This document shows positions 1 to 8,415 of a DNA stretch of 24,110 nt, one piece after another. Under the pieces are notes generated by a model, which did not search any database, was not told the DNA's origin, and worked only from the letters and a program-made list of their open reading frames with translations. Numbering within the stretch: position 1 is the stretch's first letter; every line of letters starts with the position of its first letter. This DNA is from a virus (taxonomy: Duplodnaviria > Caudoviricetes). Location of the stretch: the IMG/VR virus record IMGVR_UViG_3300025114_000048, positions 1 to 24,110 of that record; one strand, given 5' to 3'. The translations under genes and the position numbers were made by a program.

Positions 1-14
1 AAGCCCCACCATCA

Positions 15-23
15 TGATACATT
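15..23 (+). promoter_or_regulatory. possible extended -10 element (TG-a-TACATT) of the dnaE promoter; a -35 would lie outside the window
   Basis: Resembles the TGnTATATT -10 boxes of other promoters in the window and lies just upstream of the RBS GGAGG (36-40). Confidence 0.35.
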
Positions 24-43
24 ATGTAATGATAGGGAGGACA

Positions 44-3000
44 ATGATGAGTAGAAATCAATCTAACATTAAGTTTGTCGGACTACACGCGCATAGCGTG
101 GCAGGTTCTATTTTTGATGCGATTGGATATCCCCAAGCACATATGGATTTTGCATATGAAAACGGATGTGATGCTTTGGCGCTTACTGATCATGGCAACA
201 TGAATGGCTTAGCATACCAAGTGCTTCATGCCAAGAAGATGCAAGAGGAAGGCAAGGAGTTCAAGCCCATTTTTGGATGCGAAGCTTACTTTATCCCTTC
301 CATAGAAGAATGGCGAGGCGCCTACGAGAAGGCGATGGAAGACAAGAAGAAGGCTCGCTCAGTAAAGCGAGACGCAGCCTCGGGTGCCACAGTTGAAGAC
401 GAGGGCAATAGCAAAAAGACCCAAGATCTCCTCCGGCGCCGGCGCCATCTCGTTCTTTTGGCACAAAACCAAACAGGATTGAGCAATCTTTTCAAGCTTG
501 TTTCGGAAAGCTATAAAGCAGAGAATTTTTATCGTTATCCGCGAATTGATTATGCCCTCCTCAAGAAATACAACGAAGGCATCGTAGCATCCTCAGCTTG
601 TCTTGGGGGAGTATATGCTGGTAATTATTGGGAAAATCGCGATGAAGGTCATGACGCTGTTTTGGATGCAATGCGTGAGACAACAATGAACATGCAAGAA
701 GTATTTGGTGACCGATGGTACGCCGAGATTCAATGGAACAACATCAAAGAACAACACGAACTTAATCAATATGTAATACAAGTTGCGCAAGAATTTGGTG
801 TCAAAGTGATTACAACAGCCGATAGCCATTATCCTGGGCCGGATGCATGGAAGGATCGCGAGCTTTATAAGCGCCTTGGTTGGCTCGGCCGTGGAAGACC
901 CTCTTGGGCAGAAGAAGAATCACAGTTGCCCGACGGTGTTGAGGAAATAGGATATGAACTATATCCAAAGAACGGAGATCAGATTTGGGAAAGCTACAAA
1001 CATTATGCAGAATCGTGCGGCTTTGAGTATGATGACAATGTTGTTTTAAAGAGCATTGAAGAAACACATCGAATTGCTCATGAACGAATTGAGTCTTTCC
1101 TCCCCGACAACACAGTACGATTGCCTGAATTTGTTGTTCCGGCCGGCCACACCGCAACACAAGCCCTTGTTCAGTTTGCCTTGGAAGGACTCAAAGAAAG
1201 AGGCTTACACACAAATAAGCAGTATACTGATCGGCTCCAACGCGAGCTAAATGTCATCGATGAGCGAGGCTTTTCTAAGTATTTCTTGACAATGAAGGCC
1301 ATTGTTGACGTGACAAACGAAATGATGCTGGCCGGACCCGGCCGCGGATCTGCAGCCGGCTCTCTGGTGGCATATGCGCTAAACATAACCCAAATTGACC
1401 CTATTAAACATGGCCTACTGTTTTCGCGTTTCCTGCGTTCAGACGCAACTGATTACCCTGATATAGATTACGATGTATCTGACCCCATGGTTCTTAAAGA
1501 AAAGCTTGTTGAGATGTGGGGTGAAGATGTTGTAGCGCCCATCTCTAATTGGAACACACTTCAGCTACGCTCTTTAATTAAAGATATCTCAAAGCTTTAT
1601 GGGATACCATTTACTGAGGTTAACACTGTTACAAGTGTGATGATGCGCGAGGCAATGCCCTCGGCCAAACGCAAGCATGGTATCAAGGCCGGCGTCTATG
1701 CGCCCACTTGGAAGGAGGTGATGGAATTTTCTCCAACCCTGCAAGCATATCTCAATAAATATCCGGCGGTCAAATCTCACGTTGAGGGCTTAGTGGGGCA
1801 GGTTCGCTCTTGCTCTCGTCATGCCGGCGGTGTTGTAATCGCAGAAGACTTGGGTGACAGTATGCCACTCATTAATTCTGGTGGCGTGCGCCAGACCCCG
1901 TGGTCAGAAGGACAAAATGTTCGCCACCTTGAGCCAATGGGTTTTATTAAATTTGATCTTTTAGGTTTGGCTACACTAAAGATGATGGAGGTTTGTATTG
2001 AACACATCCTTCGTCGTCACTATGGGGTAGAAGAGCCAACGTTTACGCAGCTGCGAGAATATTATAATAAGTACTTGCATCCAGATGTAATTAACATGGA
2101 TGATCAGTCGGTCTATGAAAACATCTTTCATGCCGGAAAGTGGGCTGGTGTATTTCAGTTTACAGAACAAGGCGCTCAAAATTTCTGCAAAAGGGTGAAG
2201 CCCAAAAACATAATTGACATCTCAGCAATTACTTCCATTTTTCGTCCAGGCCCCCTCTCGGCTGGCGTCGATGCAGACTATGTAGAAGCAAAGAGCCACC
2301 CGCAATATGTATCATATCTTTCAGATGAATCTCGCGAGATCACAGAAGAAACTTTTGGCTTTCTGATTTTTCAGGAACAGATAGCTCTTCTCGCACATAA
2401 GCTTGGTGGCCTAACTCTTGATGAAGGAAACATGCTTCGCAAGGTTCTTACCAAAAAAGGAACCGGCAAGGGTGATGTTAAAAATAGGTTGAGAGTTAAA
2501 TTTATTGACGGGTGCGACAGCAACGGTATTGCAAGAGACAGCGCCCAGGCACTCTGGGATAAGTTTGAATACTTCTCTGGTTATGGTTTTAATAAGTCTC
2601 ACGCGGTTTCTTATAGTGTTATTTCATATCAATGCGCTTGGTTGCTAACTTACTATGAGTCGGAATGGATTGCTGCTTTTCTTGACAAAGAGCCTGAGTC
2701 TCGTAAAGAAAAGGCAATCAATATTGCAAAATCATTTGGATATAGCATTGCGCCTGTTGATGTTAATAAATCTGGAAAGGTTTGGGAGATTGCGAAAGAC
2801 AACAGGACGCTAATTCAGCCGTTGACCTCCATTAAAGGTTTTGGCGATTCGGCACAAGAACAAATTTTAGACCACCGGCCTTTCGCCGATATTGAAGACC
2901 TCTTATTTCGTGAGGAGATTACATACTCCAAATTGAACAAAAAGGCTCTCGACGCTCTATGTCGAGCGGGCGCAATGGACAACCTAGTTGATGAACGTTT

Positions 3001-3478
3001 TACAGGCCGCAAACATTTTTGGTCAGCCGCAGTGGTCGACCGGCCCAAGAACAAAAAGAAATTTATCGAAAACATAGAAGCATATAGGCAAGAAGGAGAC
3101 TTTACCGAAGAAGAAATAATCCACTTTAAAACCGAATTGACTGGCGTTTTTCCAATGAATTTGGTGATTAGCGCCGAGACAATTAGTCGGCTAAAGGAAA
3201 AGTATATCCCCCCCATTAGTGACTTCGATCCAGAACTTTGTGTTTGTTGGTTTATTCCTCGTAAAATTGTGCCAAGAAAAACCAAGAATGGTAAAAATTA
3301 TTGGATTGTCGAAGTGATTGATTCAAATAATGAAACTGCTAAAATTCGCTGTTGGGGTGTTCGGCCCGAGAAAGATAAAATCTTTCTTAACCATCCATAT
3401 ATGGCAAAGCTGAAGTACGATGAACAGTGGGGCTTTTCGACTTATGCAATCGGAAAGACGTTTAAACTATTAAGATAG
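44..3478 (+). CDS. dnaE: DNA polymerase III alpha subunit (family C, DnaE type)
   Basis: PHP motifs LHAHS, TDHG, GCEAY, HLVLL, SACLGG, TADSHY; polymerase core GRGSAAGS, PDIDYD, HAGG, KFDLLGL, IFQEQ, YGFNKSHA; C-terminal HhH and OB-like region. Start moved to ATG 44 (or 47) because GGAGG is at 36-40. No intein motifs seen. Confidence 0.97.
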   Translation: MMSRNQSNIKFVGLHAHSVAGSIFDAIGYPQAHMDFAYENGCDALALTDHGNMNGLAYQVLHAKKMQEEGKEFKPIFGCEAYFIPSIEEWRGAYEKAMEDKKKARSVKRDAASGATVEDEGNSKKTQDLLRRRRHLVLLAQNQTGLSNLFKLVSESYKAENFYRYPRIDYALLKKYNEGIVASSACLGGVYAGNYWENRDEGHDAVLDAMRETTMNMQEVFGDRWYAEIQWNNIKEQHELNQYVIQVAQEFGVKVITTADSHYPGPDAWKDRELYKRLGWLGRGRPSWAEEESQLPDGVEEIGYELYPKNGDQIWESYKHYAESCGFEYDDNVVLKSIEETHRIAHERIESFLPDNTVRLPEFVVPAGHTATQALVQFALEGLKERGLHTNKQYTDRLQRELNVIDERGFSKYFLTMKAIVDVTNEMMLAGPGRGSAAGSLVAYALNITQIDPIKHGLLFSRFLRSDATDYPDIDYDVSDPMVLKEKLVEMWGEDVVAPISNWNTLQLRSLIKDISKLYGIPFTEVNTVTSVMMREAMPSAKRKHGIKAGVYAPTWKEVMEFSPTLQAYLNKYPAVKSHVEGLVGQVRSCSRHAGGVVIAEDLGDSMPLINSGGVRQTPWSEGQNVRHLEPMGFIKFDLLGLATLKMMEVCIEHILRRHYGVEEPTFTQLREYYNKYLHPDVINMDDQSVYENIFHAGKWAGVFQFTEQGAQNFCKRVKPKNIIDISAITSIFRPGPLSAGVDADYVEAKSHPQYVSYLSDESREITEETFGFLIFQEQIALLAHKLGGLTLDEGNMLRKVLTKKGTGKGDVKNRLRVKFIDGCDSNGIARDSAQALWDKFEYFSGYGFNKSHAVSYSVISYQCAWLLTYYESEWIAAFLDKEPESRKEKAINIAKSFGYSIAPVDVNKSGKVWEIAKDNRTLIQPLTSIKGFGDSAQEQILDHRPFADIEDLLFREEITYSKLNKKALDALCRAGAMDNLVDERFTGRKHFWSAAVVDRPKNKKKFIENIEAYRQEGDFTEEEIIHFKTELTGVFPMNLVISAETISRLKEKYIPPISDFDPELCVCWFIPRKIVPRKTKNGKNYWIVEVIDSNNETAKIRCWGVRPEKDKIFLNHPYMAKLKYDEQWGFSTYAIGKTFKLLR

Positions 3479-3494
3479 AAATTATATAAATCAC

Positions 3495-3523
3495 TTGACA
3501 GGCAGCTGATATCTTGATATATT
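3495..3523 (+). promoter_or_regulatory. sigma70-type promoter TTGACA-N17-TATATT (extended TG)
   Basis: TTGACA at 3495-3500, 17-nt spacer, TATATT at 3518-3523; intergenic, followed by RBS AAGGAGG. Confidence 0.85.
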
Positions 3524-3547
3524 ATAGATGTAACAAAGGAGGGCTTA

Positions 3548-3805
3548 ATGGCCAACACAAACGAAGAGAAAAAGCAATACGTTAAGGAGTATATCCGCTC
3601 CCTTTCGGCTATTGAAGAGTGCATCGAACCTTATCAGGAGCAAAAGCGTGATCTGCGCTCAGAGTTCCGTGAGAATGGATGGCTCAACACGGACGAGATT
3701 CGCGCAGCAGTAAAGGCATATCGTCTTTATAAGCAAAAGTACAATATTGATGAGGTAGTGGAGAATTTTACTCTTATCACCGGTGAGGAACCAGATGATA
3801 GTTGA
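3548..3805 (+). CDS. small helical DNA-binding protein, GapR/DUF2312- or T4 DsbA-like
   Basis: 85 aa with RBS AAGGAGG; YIRSLSAIEE..KRDLRSEFRENG..IRAAVKAYR parallels the GapR helical pattern (FIERIERLEEEK..EVYAEAKGNG..LRQVV). Family call by eye. Confidence 0.6.
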   Translation: MANTNEEKKQYVKEYIRSLSAIEECIEPYQEQKRDLRSEFRENGWLNTDEIRAAVKAYRLYKQKYNIDEVVENFTLITGEEPDDS

Positions 3806-4253
3806 GTACGCAAAGGTGCGGGAGTCAGCCTTCGAGCCGAGCCGCGCAAACCCTTCAGATGCGGGGCTAGATGTATACTATTCACCGGAGAAACCCCACA
3901 ACAAGATGTACATTGGAACGAGCACTAGCCGCGTTATCCCCACTGGTTTAAAGTTTGCGATTCCGCACGGTTATATGTTAGAGGTAAAGAATCGCTCTAG
4001 CGTAGCAGCTAAACGACAGTTGTTGGTGGGTGCATGTGTAATTGATTCTGGATATGAGGGTGAGGTTTTTGTTAATCTTCACAATATAGGAGTAGAGAGT
4101 CAAACACTTAAACCCGGCGATAAGATTGCACAACTTGTCATGACGCCCGTGGTACATTTTCGACCATCCGAAACAACAGAAGCGACCCTATATAATTATC
4201 CCATGACTATTAGCAATAGGGGAGAAGGCGCGTTAGGGAGTACGGATGAATAG
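3795..4253 (+). CDS. dut: trimeric dUTPase
   Basis: All five dUTPase motifs: AGLDV, NRSS, VIDSGYEGE, IAQL, RGEGALGST. ATG 3795 follows GAGG. Confidence 0.95.
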   Translation: MIVEYAKVRESAFEPSRANPSDAGLDVYYSPEKPHNKMYIGTSTSRVIPTGLKFAIPHGYMLEVKNRSSVAAKRQLLVGACVIDSGYEGEVFVNLHNIGVESQTLKPGDKIAQLVMTPVVHFRPSETTEATLYNYPMTISNRGEGALGSTDE

Positions 4254-4719
4254 CGAGACTAAACTTGTAATGTTTTCATCCAAGACAGGAAATTGGGAAA
4301 CACCTCAAGAATTTTTCGACAAACTAAATTGGAGATTTGGGCCATTTGATTTAGATCCATGCGCATCTGCATCGACCGCCAAGAGCGCCAAGTTTTTTAC
4401 AGAACAGGATGATGGCTTGACACAAGAGTGGTCCGGCCATACTGCATTTGTGAACCCCCCATATGGTCGTGGCATCGAGAAGTGGATTAAGAAAGCTTAT
4501 GAGGAATCACGAAAGGAAAATACTAAAGTAGTAATGCTTCTTCCTGCACGAACCGACACAAAGTACTGGCATCAATATGTTATGAGAGCCGAAGAAGTAT
4601 ACTTTATAAAAGGTCGTTTAAAATTTGGAGATAGCGAGAATAGCGCCCCATTCCCATCAGCAGTTGTAGTTTTTGATGGTACCAACCAACCGCAGATATT
4701 TGGAGCCATGAATAGATGA
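4246..4719 (+). CDS. phage DNA N6-adenine methyltransferase (T1-type Dam family)
   Basis: WETPQEFF, FDLDPCA, catalytic NPPY, LLPARTDT, GRLKF, APFPSAVVVF. Confidence 0.92.
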   Translation: MNSETKLVMFSSKTGNWETPQEFFDKLNWRFGPFDLDPCASASTAKSAKFFTEQDDGLTQEWSGHTAFVNPPYGRGIEKWIKKAYEESRKENTKVVMLLPARTDTKYWHQYVMRAEEVYFIKGRLKFGDSENSAPFPSAVVVFDGTNQPQIFGAMNR

Positions 4720-5000
4720 ACCGTAAGGAACGCCGCAGAATGGAGAAGAGCATGGGTACAGAATCGACCGAAAAACTTGCCGAAAAAATTTTCCAGTTTA
4801 ATCAGCTTCCGGAAGCATGCAACGCATGCACAAAAACATTTAACAAAAAAGATAAGGACATGGTACAATCGTGGTCAGTTGTTGTGAGACAAGAAGTGGT
4901 AAGATTGTTCTGTCCTGCCTGCATACAAAAAACAAAGGAGAGGATAGAAGATGTCAATAGTAGCAAGAATAGACAAGAAAAGTCTAATGATGATTCTTGA
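4716..5000 (+). CDS. hypothetical protein with a CxxC...CxxC zinc-finger-like motif
   Basis: CNAC and CPAC pairs; basic MNRKERRR N-terminus common in phage ORFs; overlaps both neighbours. Confidence 0.7.
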   Translation: MNRKERRRMEKSMGTESTEKLAEKIFQFNQLPEACNACTKTFNKKDKDMVQSWSVVVRQEVVRLFCPACIQKTKERIEDVNSSKNRQEKSNDDS

Positions 5001-5316
5001 TGGAGGAGTCGGCGAGGAACACTCAGTCGTTATCAAATTTTATGCGCCTCATTGTCAATATTGTCTTAATTTGGCCGATTACTATAAAGAAATTGCCAAT
5101 TCATATAATGATGTGCTATTTTATGCTTTTAATATGGAGGATGACAATGGCGAGTTGGAACAAAAATATGGATTTTATGGAATTCCAACGCTCTTTCATA
5201 TAAAGACAGGAGGCAAGAAGACCAAGGTTACTCTTATGCCTGACCCTGACGATCCAAATGAACATACATGGTATCGCACAAATGATATCAAAGAATTTAT
5301 TGACAAACACAAATAG
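4951..5316 (+). CDS. thioredoxin-family protein
   Basis: VVIKFYAPHCQYC (CxxC) and YGFYGIPTL (cis-Pro loop); RBS GGAGAGG. Confidence 0.85.
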   Translation: MSIVARIDKKSLMMILDGGVGEEHSVVIKFYAPHCQYCLNLADYYKEIANSYNDVLFYAFNMEDDNGELEQKYGFYGIPTLFHIKTGGKKTKVTLMPDPDDPNEHTWYRTNDIKEFIDKHK

Positions 5317-5324
5317 GAGAAAAA

Positions 5325-5564
5325 ATGTCGTTAAAGAATCTTGAAGCCGCACTAATGCAACTAAGTGCAAAGGCAACGGAGCATTACGCTGCAATCGAGC
5401 TTATAATCAATAATCCAGTTGCAATTTCTGAGCACACCAATCATGTTGATGAAATTATTCGGCGCGCAAAGCATATGGCCGAATGCGAAGAGGCATATGC
5501 TTCGCTGCATAAGCACTTCATTCAGGCCGCACAAGAAGACACCGATGCAGCAGCAGAGCAATAA
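5325..5564 (+). CDS. hypothetical helical protein
   Basis: 79 aa, RBS AGGAG, fills the gap between thioredoxin and the IMPDH-family gene. Confidence 0.75.
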   Translation: MSLKNLEAALMQLSAKATEHYAAIELIINNPVAISEHTNHVDEIIRRAKHMAECEEAYASLHKHFIQAAQEDTDAAAEQ

Positions 5565-5565
5565 A

Positions 5566-6591
5566 ATGCTTGAAGCGTTAACCTATGATGATGTATTGCT
5601 GCAGCCACAATACTCAGAGATTCGCTCACGCGGCGATATAGACACTAGCACTGACCTGGGCAAGCTTATCAATTTAGGCATGCCTATTATTTCGTCACCA
5701 ATGGATACGATTACCGGTGGACGGATGGCAGCTGCCATGACGCGACACGGAGGCCTGGGTATTGTTCATCGTTATAATACGGCAGAAGAGCAGATGTTGG
5801 AAATTATCAAAGCATATGAAAACAGCAACAACAAAATTATCGTTGGCGCCGCTGTTGGCACATCGGGTGATTATTTAGACCGCGCGCGCAGCCTTATAAG
5901 CGCAGGTGTTAATTTAATTTGTGTTGATGTTGCCCACGGACACCATGTTTTAATGAAAGAGGCGTTATATAATTTGAGAAAAATGGCACCTAATCTTCAT
6001 ATTATGGCCGGCAACGTAGCTACGTTGGAGGGCGTTAACGATCTCGCCGATTGGGGCGCAGACTCTATTCGTTGCAATATTGGGGGTGGCTCAATTTGCT
6101 CTACAAGAACACAAACTGGCCATGGCCTTCCGGGCCTTCAAACTATTTTTGAATGTTCAAAGACTGACCGCGATGTGAAAATTATCGCCGATGGCGGAAT
6201 CCGAAACTCTGGCGACATTGTAAAGGCGCTTGCCGCCGGCGCAGATGCTGTGATGTGTGGATCTCTTTTCGCCGGCACAAGTCAAACTCCTGGCAAAGTT
6301 TTCGAGGGAACTAATGGCGCAAAGTATAAAGTTTATAGAGGAATGGCTTCGAAAGAAGCACAGATTGAATGGCGCGGCAAATACTCTTCTTTCGAAGGCA
6401 TATCAAGCCGCGCACCATATCGTGGCGATGTTCGCTTTATTCTGGAAGATCTTGAGCGCGGGATCCGCAGCGGGCTTTCCTATTCCGGCGCGCATAACCT
6501 CATAGATCTACAACGAAAGGCAAAATTTGTGCGTCAGACAACTGCTGGTTTGGGCGAAAGCATGACTCATATTAACACGAGGAAATGGTAA
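5566..6591 (+). CDS. IMP dehydrogenase/GMP reductase family enzyme without CBS domains
   Basis: [35 protein letters not shown], catalytic [29 protein letters not shown]. Start set at ATG 5566, directly after the upstream stop. Confidence 0.92.
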   Translation: MLEALTYDDVLLQPQYSEIRSRGDIDTSTDLGKLINLGMPIISSPMDTITGGRMAAAMTRHGGLGIVHRYNTAEEQMLEIIKAYENSNNKIIVGAAVGTSGDYLDRARSLISAGVNLICVDVAHGHHVLMKEALYNLRKMAPNLHIMAGNVATLEGVNDLADWGADSIRCNIGGGSICSTRTQTGHGLPGLQTIFECSKTDRDVKIIADGGIRNSGDIVKALAAGADAVMCGSLFAGTSQTPGKVFEGTNGAKYKVYRGMASKEAQIEWRGKYSSFEGISSRAPYRGDVRFILEDLERGIRSGLSYSGAHNLIDLQRKAKFVRQTTAGLGESMTHINTRKW

Positions 6592-6932
6592 TGTCGGAGA
6601 ATTTCGATAACTATGGAAAGGATCGAAAAAGGTTGATATTTAATATAGCCGATCACGATCATGCTAAGTTAATTGTTCGTTTACGTCACAATTCACTAAC
6701 ACAAGCTGAATTCTTTAGGGCAGTTATCGATGGGGTTAATACGGGCGATCACAACATCTGTGCGTTCATTGAAGATTATCTTGCGGCAAAACAAAAATTA
6801 AGTAAACAAAAAATTAAAAAATCTCGACAAATTCGCGAACAGGGCGAACAGTTGATTGAAGACTTTGCTCTAACTGATAATGAGGTAGGGGACATTTTTG
6901 ACTTAATCGCCGACGATCACCCAGACCTATGA
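6591..6932 (+). CDS. hypothetical protein, possible N-terminal ribbon-helix-helix
   Basis: TAATG overlap with the upstream gene; KRLIFNI strand followed by helices (LTQAEFFRAVI). Confidence 0.7.
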   Translation: MSENFDNYGKDRKRLIFNIADHDHAKLIVRLRHNSLTQAEFFRAVIDGVNTGDHNICAFIEDYLAAKQKLSKQKIKKSRQIREQGEQLIEDFALTDNEVGDIFDLIADDHPDL

Positions 6933-7177
6933 AAAAAGATGGCCTATTTGCATGTGCGCGTAAATGCATGAAAGAGCGAAAATGCTGCAACACATTGGAA
7001 TGCCGGCATTATATTGAATACCCGGCTGACTACAATTGCACTTTGGTGGCTGTTTATGAAAATGGCCCAATGACGCTAAGGGAAGTTGCAAAGAGATTAA
7101 GCATATCTTTTGCGAGAGTAAAGCAGATAGAACAAAAGGCACTTAACAAAATGAAGAAGAACACACTCATATCTTAA
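6929..7177 (+). CDS. stand-alone sigma70 region-4 HTH protein with a Cys-rich N-terminus
   Basis: MTLREVAKRLSISFARVKQIEQKALNKMK parallels sigma70 region 4.2 (TLEEVG..VTRERIRQIEAKALRKLR); six Cys in the first 40 aa. Confidence 0.8.
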   Translation: MKKDGLFACARKCMKERKCCNTLECRHYIEYPADYNCTLVAVYENGPMTLREVAKRLSISFARVKQIEQKALNKMKKNTLIS

Positions 7178-7207
7178 AATATTTTGTGTTCTTTATTGAT
7201 TTTCACT

Positions 7208-7215
7208 ACTATTTA
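7208..7215 (+). promoter_or_regulatory. putative late promoter motif ACTATTTA
   Basis: The same octamer lies 15-30 nt before the starts of three acidic genes (7208, 13027, 17831); no -35 box nearby. Confidence 0.55.
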
Positions 7216-7245
7216 ATGTTGAGTTTTACTTTAAGGAGATTTACT

Positions 7246-7929
7246 ATGGCTCGAAAAACACTTTTAACTGAGGCTCAGATTCGAAGCTTCATAAAGCTTG
7301 CTAACATCGGCCCTGTTGGCGACACCAAGTTGCAAGAATGGTACGATGAGGGTCTTGAGGAACAGGAAGAAGAGGAAGAGCTAGAAATGGATGATGAAGA
7401 AGAGCCCGAGCGGGTGGGCCATGGCGGCGGCCTGCCGGACATGGACGCAGAGCTTGGCGGCGACGAAATGGAAATGGATGCAGAGCTTGGCGACGACGAG
7501 ATGGATATGGATGCAGAGCTTGGCGCCCCTGACGAACTAGATGTGGGCCCAGGTGGCGACAAAGAGTCCGAATTCATGGATCTTGTACAACAGTTGGCTG
7601 ATATGGTTGGCGTTGAGGTAGACATGGAAGGTGGCGCCGAAGGCGAAGAAGAAATGGGAGCCGATCTTGAAGGAGGTGAGGAAGCAGAAGAAGAGCTACC
7701 CCCCATGCCCGGAGAAGAAGAAGCTGGAATGGAAGCTGGAATGGAAGCCGGCGAGGAAGAAGAGGAAGAGGAACTCCCCGGGATGCGCGACAGCATGTAC
7801 GAAAACACTGACAAGGTTGTCAACGAAGTTGCTCGTCGCGTTGCCGGCCGGCTAGCCAGCGAGAACAAAAAGACCAAGATGGTTAATGACTTGGCCGAAA
7901 GAATATTTAACCGCCTTACAACAAAGTAA
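7246..7929 (+). CDS. highly acidic low-complexity protein, probably a head scaffold or internal virion protein
   Basis: RBS AAGGAG at 7233-7238; E/D/G/M-rich centre with tandem repeats; helical ends (LLTEAQIRSFIKLA, VVNEVARRVAGRL). Function inferred. Confidence 0.75.
   Translation: MARKTLLTEAQIRSFIKLANIGPVGDTKLQEWYDEGLEEQEEEEELEMDDEEEPERVGHGGGLPDMDAELGGDEMEMDAELGDDEMDMDAELGAPDELDVGPGGDKESEFMDLVQQLADMVGVEVDMEGGAEGEEEMGADLEGGEEAEEELPPMPGEEEAGMEAGMEAGEEEEEEELPGMRDSMYENTDKVVNEVARRVAGRLASENKKTKMVNDLAERIFNRLTTK
7441..7527 (+). repeat. 33-bp coding tandem repeat, about 2.6 copies (MDAELG.DEM.)
   Basis: ATGGAYGCAGAGCTTGGCG starts at 7441, 7474 and 7507. Confidence 0.9.
7720..7752 (+). repeat. 12-bp coding tandem repeat GAAGCTGGAATG (EAGM), two copies plus a partial
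   Basis: Copies at 7720 and 7732; partial GAAGCCGGC at 7744. Confidence 0.85.
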
Positions 7930-7937
7930 AGTAAAAC

Positions 7938-7966
7938 TTGACAAATCAAACGCAAACCATTATGAT
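7938..7966 (+). promoter_or_regulatory. sigma70-type promoter TTGACA-N17-TATGAT
   Basis: TTGACA at 7938-7943 and TATGAT at 7961-7966; intergenic. Confidence 0.8.
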
Positions 7967-7998
7967 AACCATCAGAGATCTCTGATGGTTATTTTTTT
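7965..7998 (+). terminator. intrinsic terminator: 28-bp perfect palindrome plus T tract
   Basis: ATAACCATCAGAGA/TCTCTGATGGTTAT at 7965-7992 followed by TTTTTT. Confidence 0.75.
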
Positions 7999-8007
7999 GA
8001 GGAAGTT

Positions 8008-8415
8008 ATGGGCATTGAACAATATGCAATATACCTGTTAATTTTTACATTCGGCTATGTTACGAGCCGCACATTTTATTTTTTTAGTAGTGTGCGACAC
8101 TCAATTAGAACGCTAAAAATAATGCATGTGGTTGCATTGTCTATGTTGCTCAATTGTATTCAGGAATACGCGTACGTTGGGGCTAAAAAATTAGCTACAT
8201 TAGAAAAATGTGGCGTGCTTCCTAGTGATAGAATATATAAGAATGCCGAGACCGCCCATGAAGAGATTGTTGATTCTTTTAAGAGGCGTAGTATCGCCTC
8301 GCTAATAGCGCTACACCCACAAGTTTTTAGGCCGATTTTACAGTTTGAGGATTGGAACTCGGCCATGGAATATCTGGAAAAAAACAAAAAAATTGTTAAA
8401 TTGTTTTTAGCATGA
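8008..8415 (+). CDS. hypothetical membrane protein
   Basis: 135 aa; hydrophobic N-terminal segments (YAIYLLIFTFGYV, IMHVVALSMLL); RBS GAGG. Confidence 0.75.
   Translation: MGIEQYAIYLLIFTFGYVTSRTFYFFSSVRHSIRTLKIMHVVALSMLLNCIQEYAYVGAKKLATLEKCGVLPSDRIYKNAETAHEEIVDSFKRRSIASLIALHPQVFRPILQFEDWNSAMEYLEKNKKIVKLFLA

Noticed and set aside
5419-5565. N-terminal extension of the IMPDH-family ORF given in the track
   Set aside because: Overlaps the 79-aa gene; family similarity starts at [12 protein letters not shown] (5566).
7275-7955. 226-aa Ser-rich minus-strand ORF
   Set aside because: Antisense shadow of the GAA/GAG-rich acidic gene; no evidence of independent coding.
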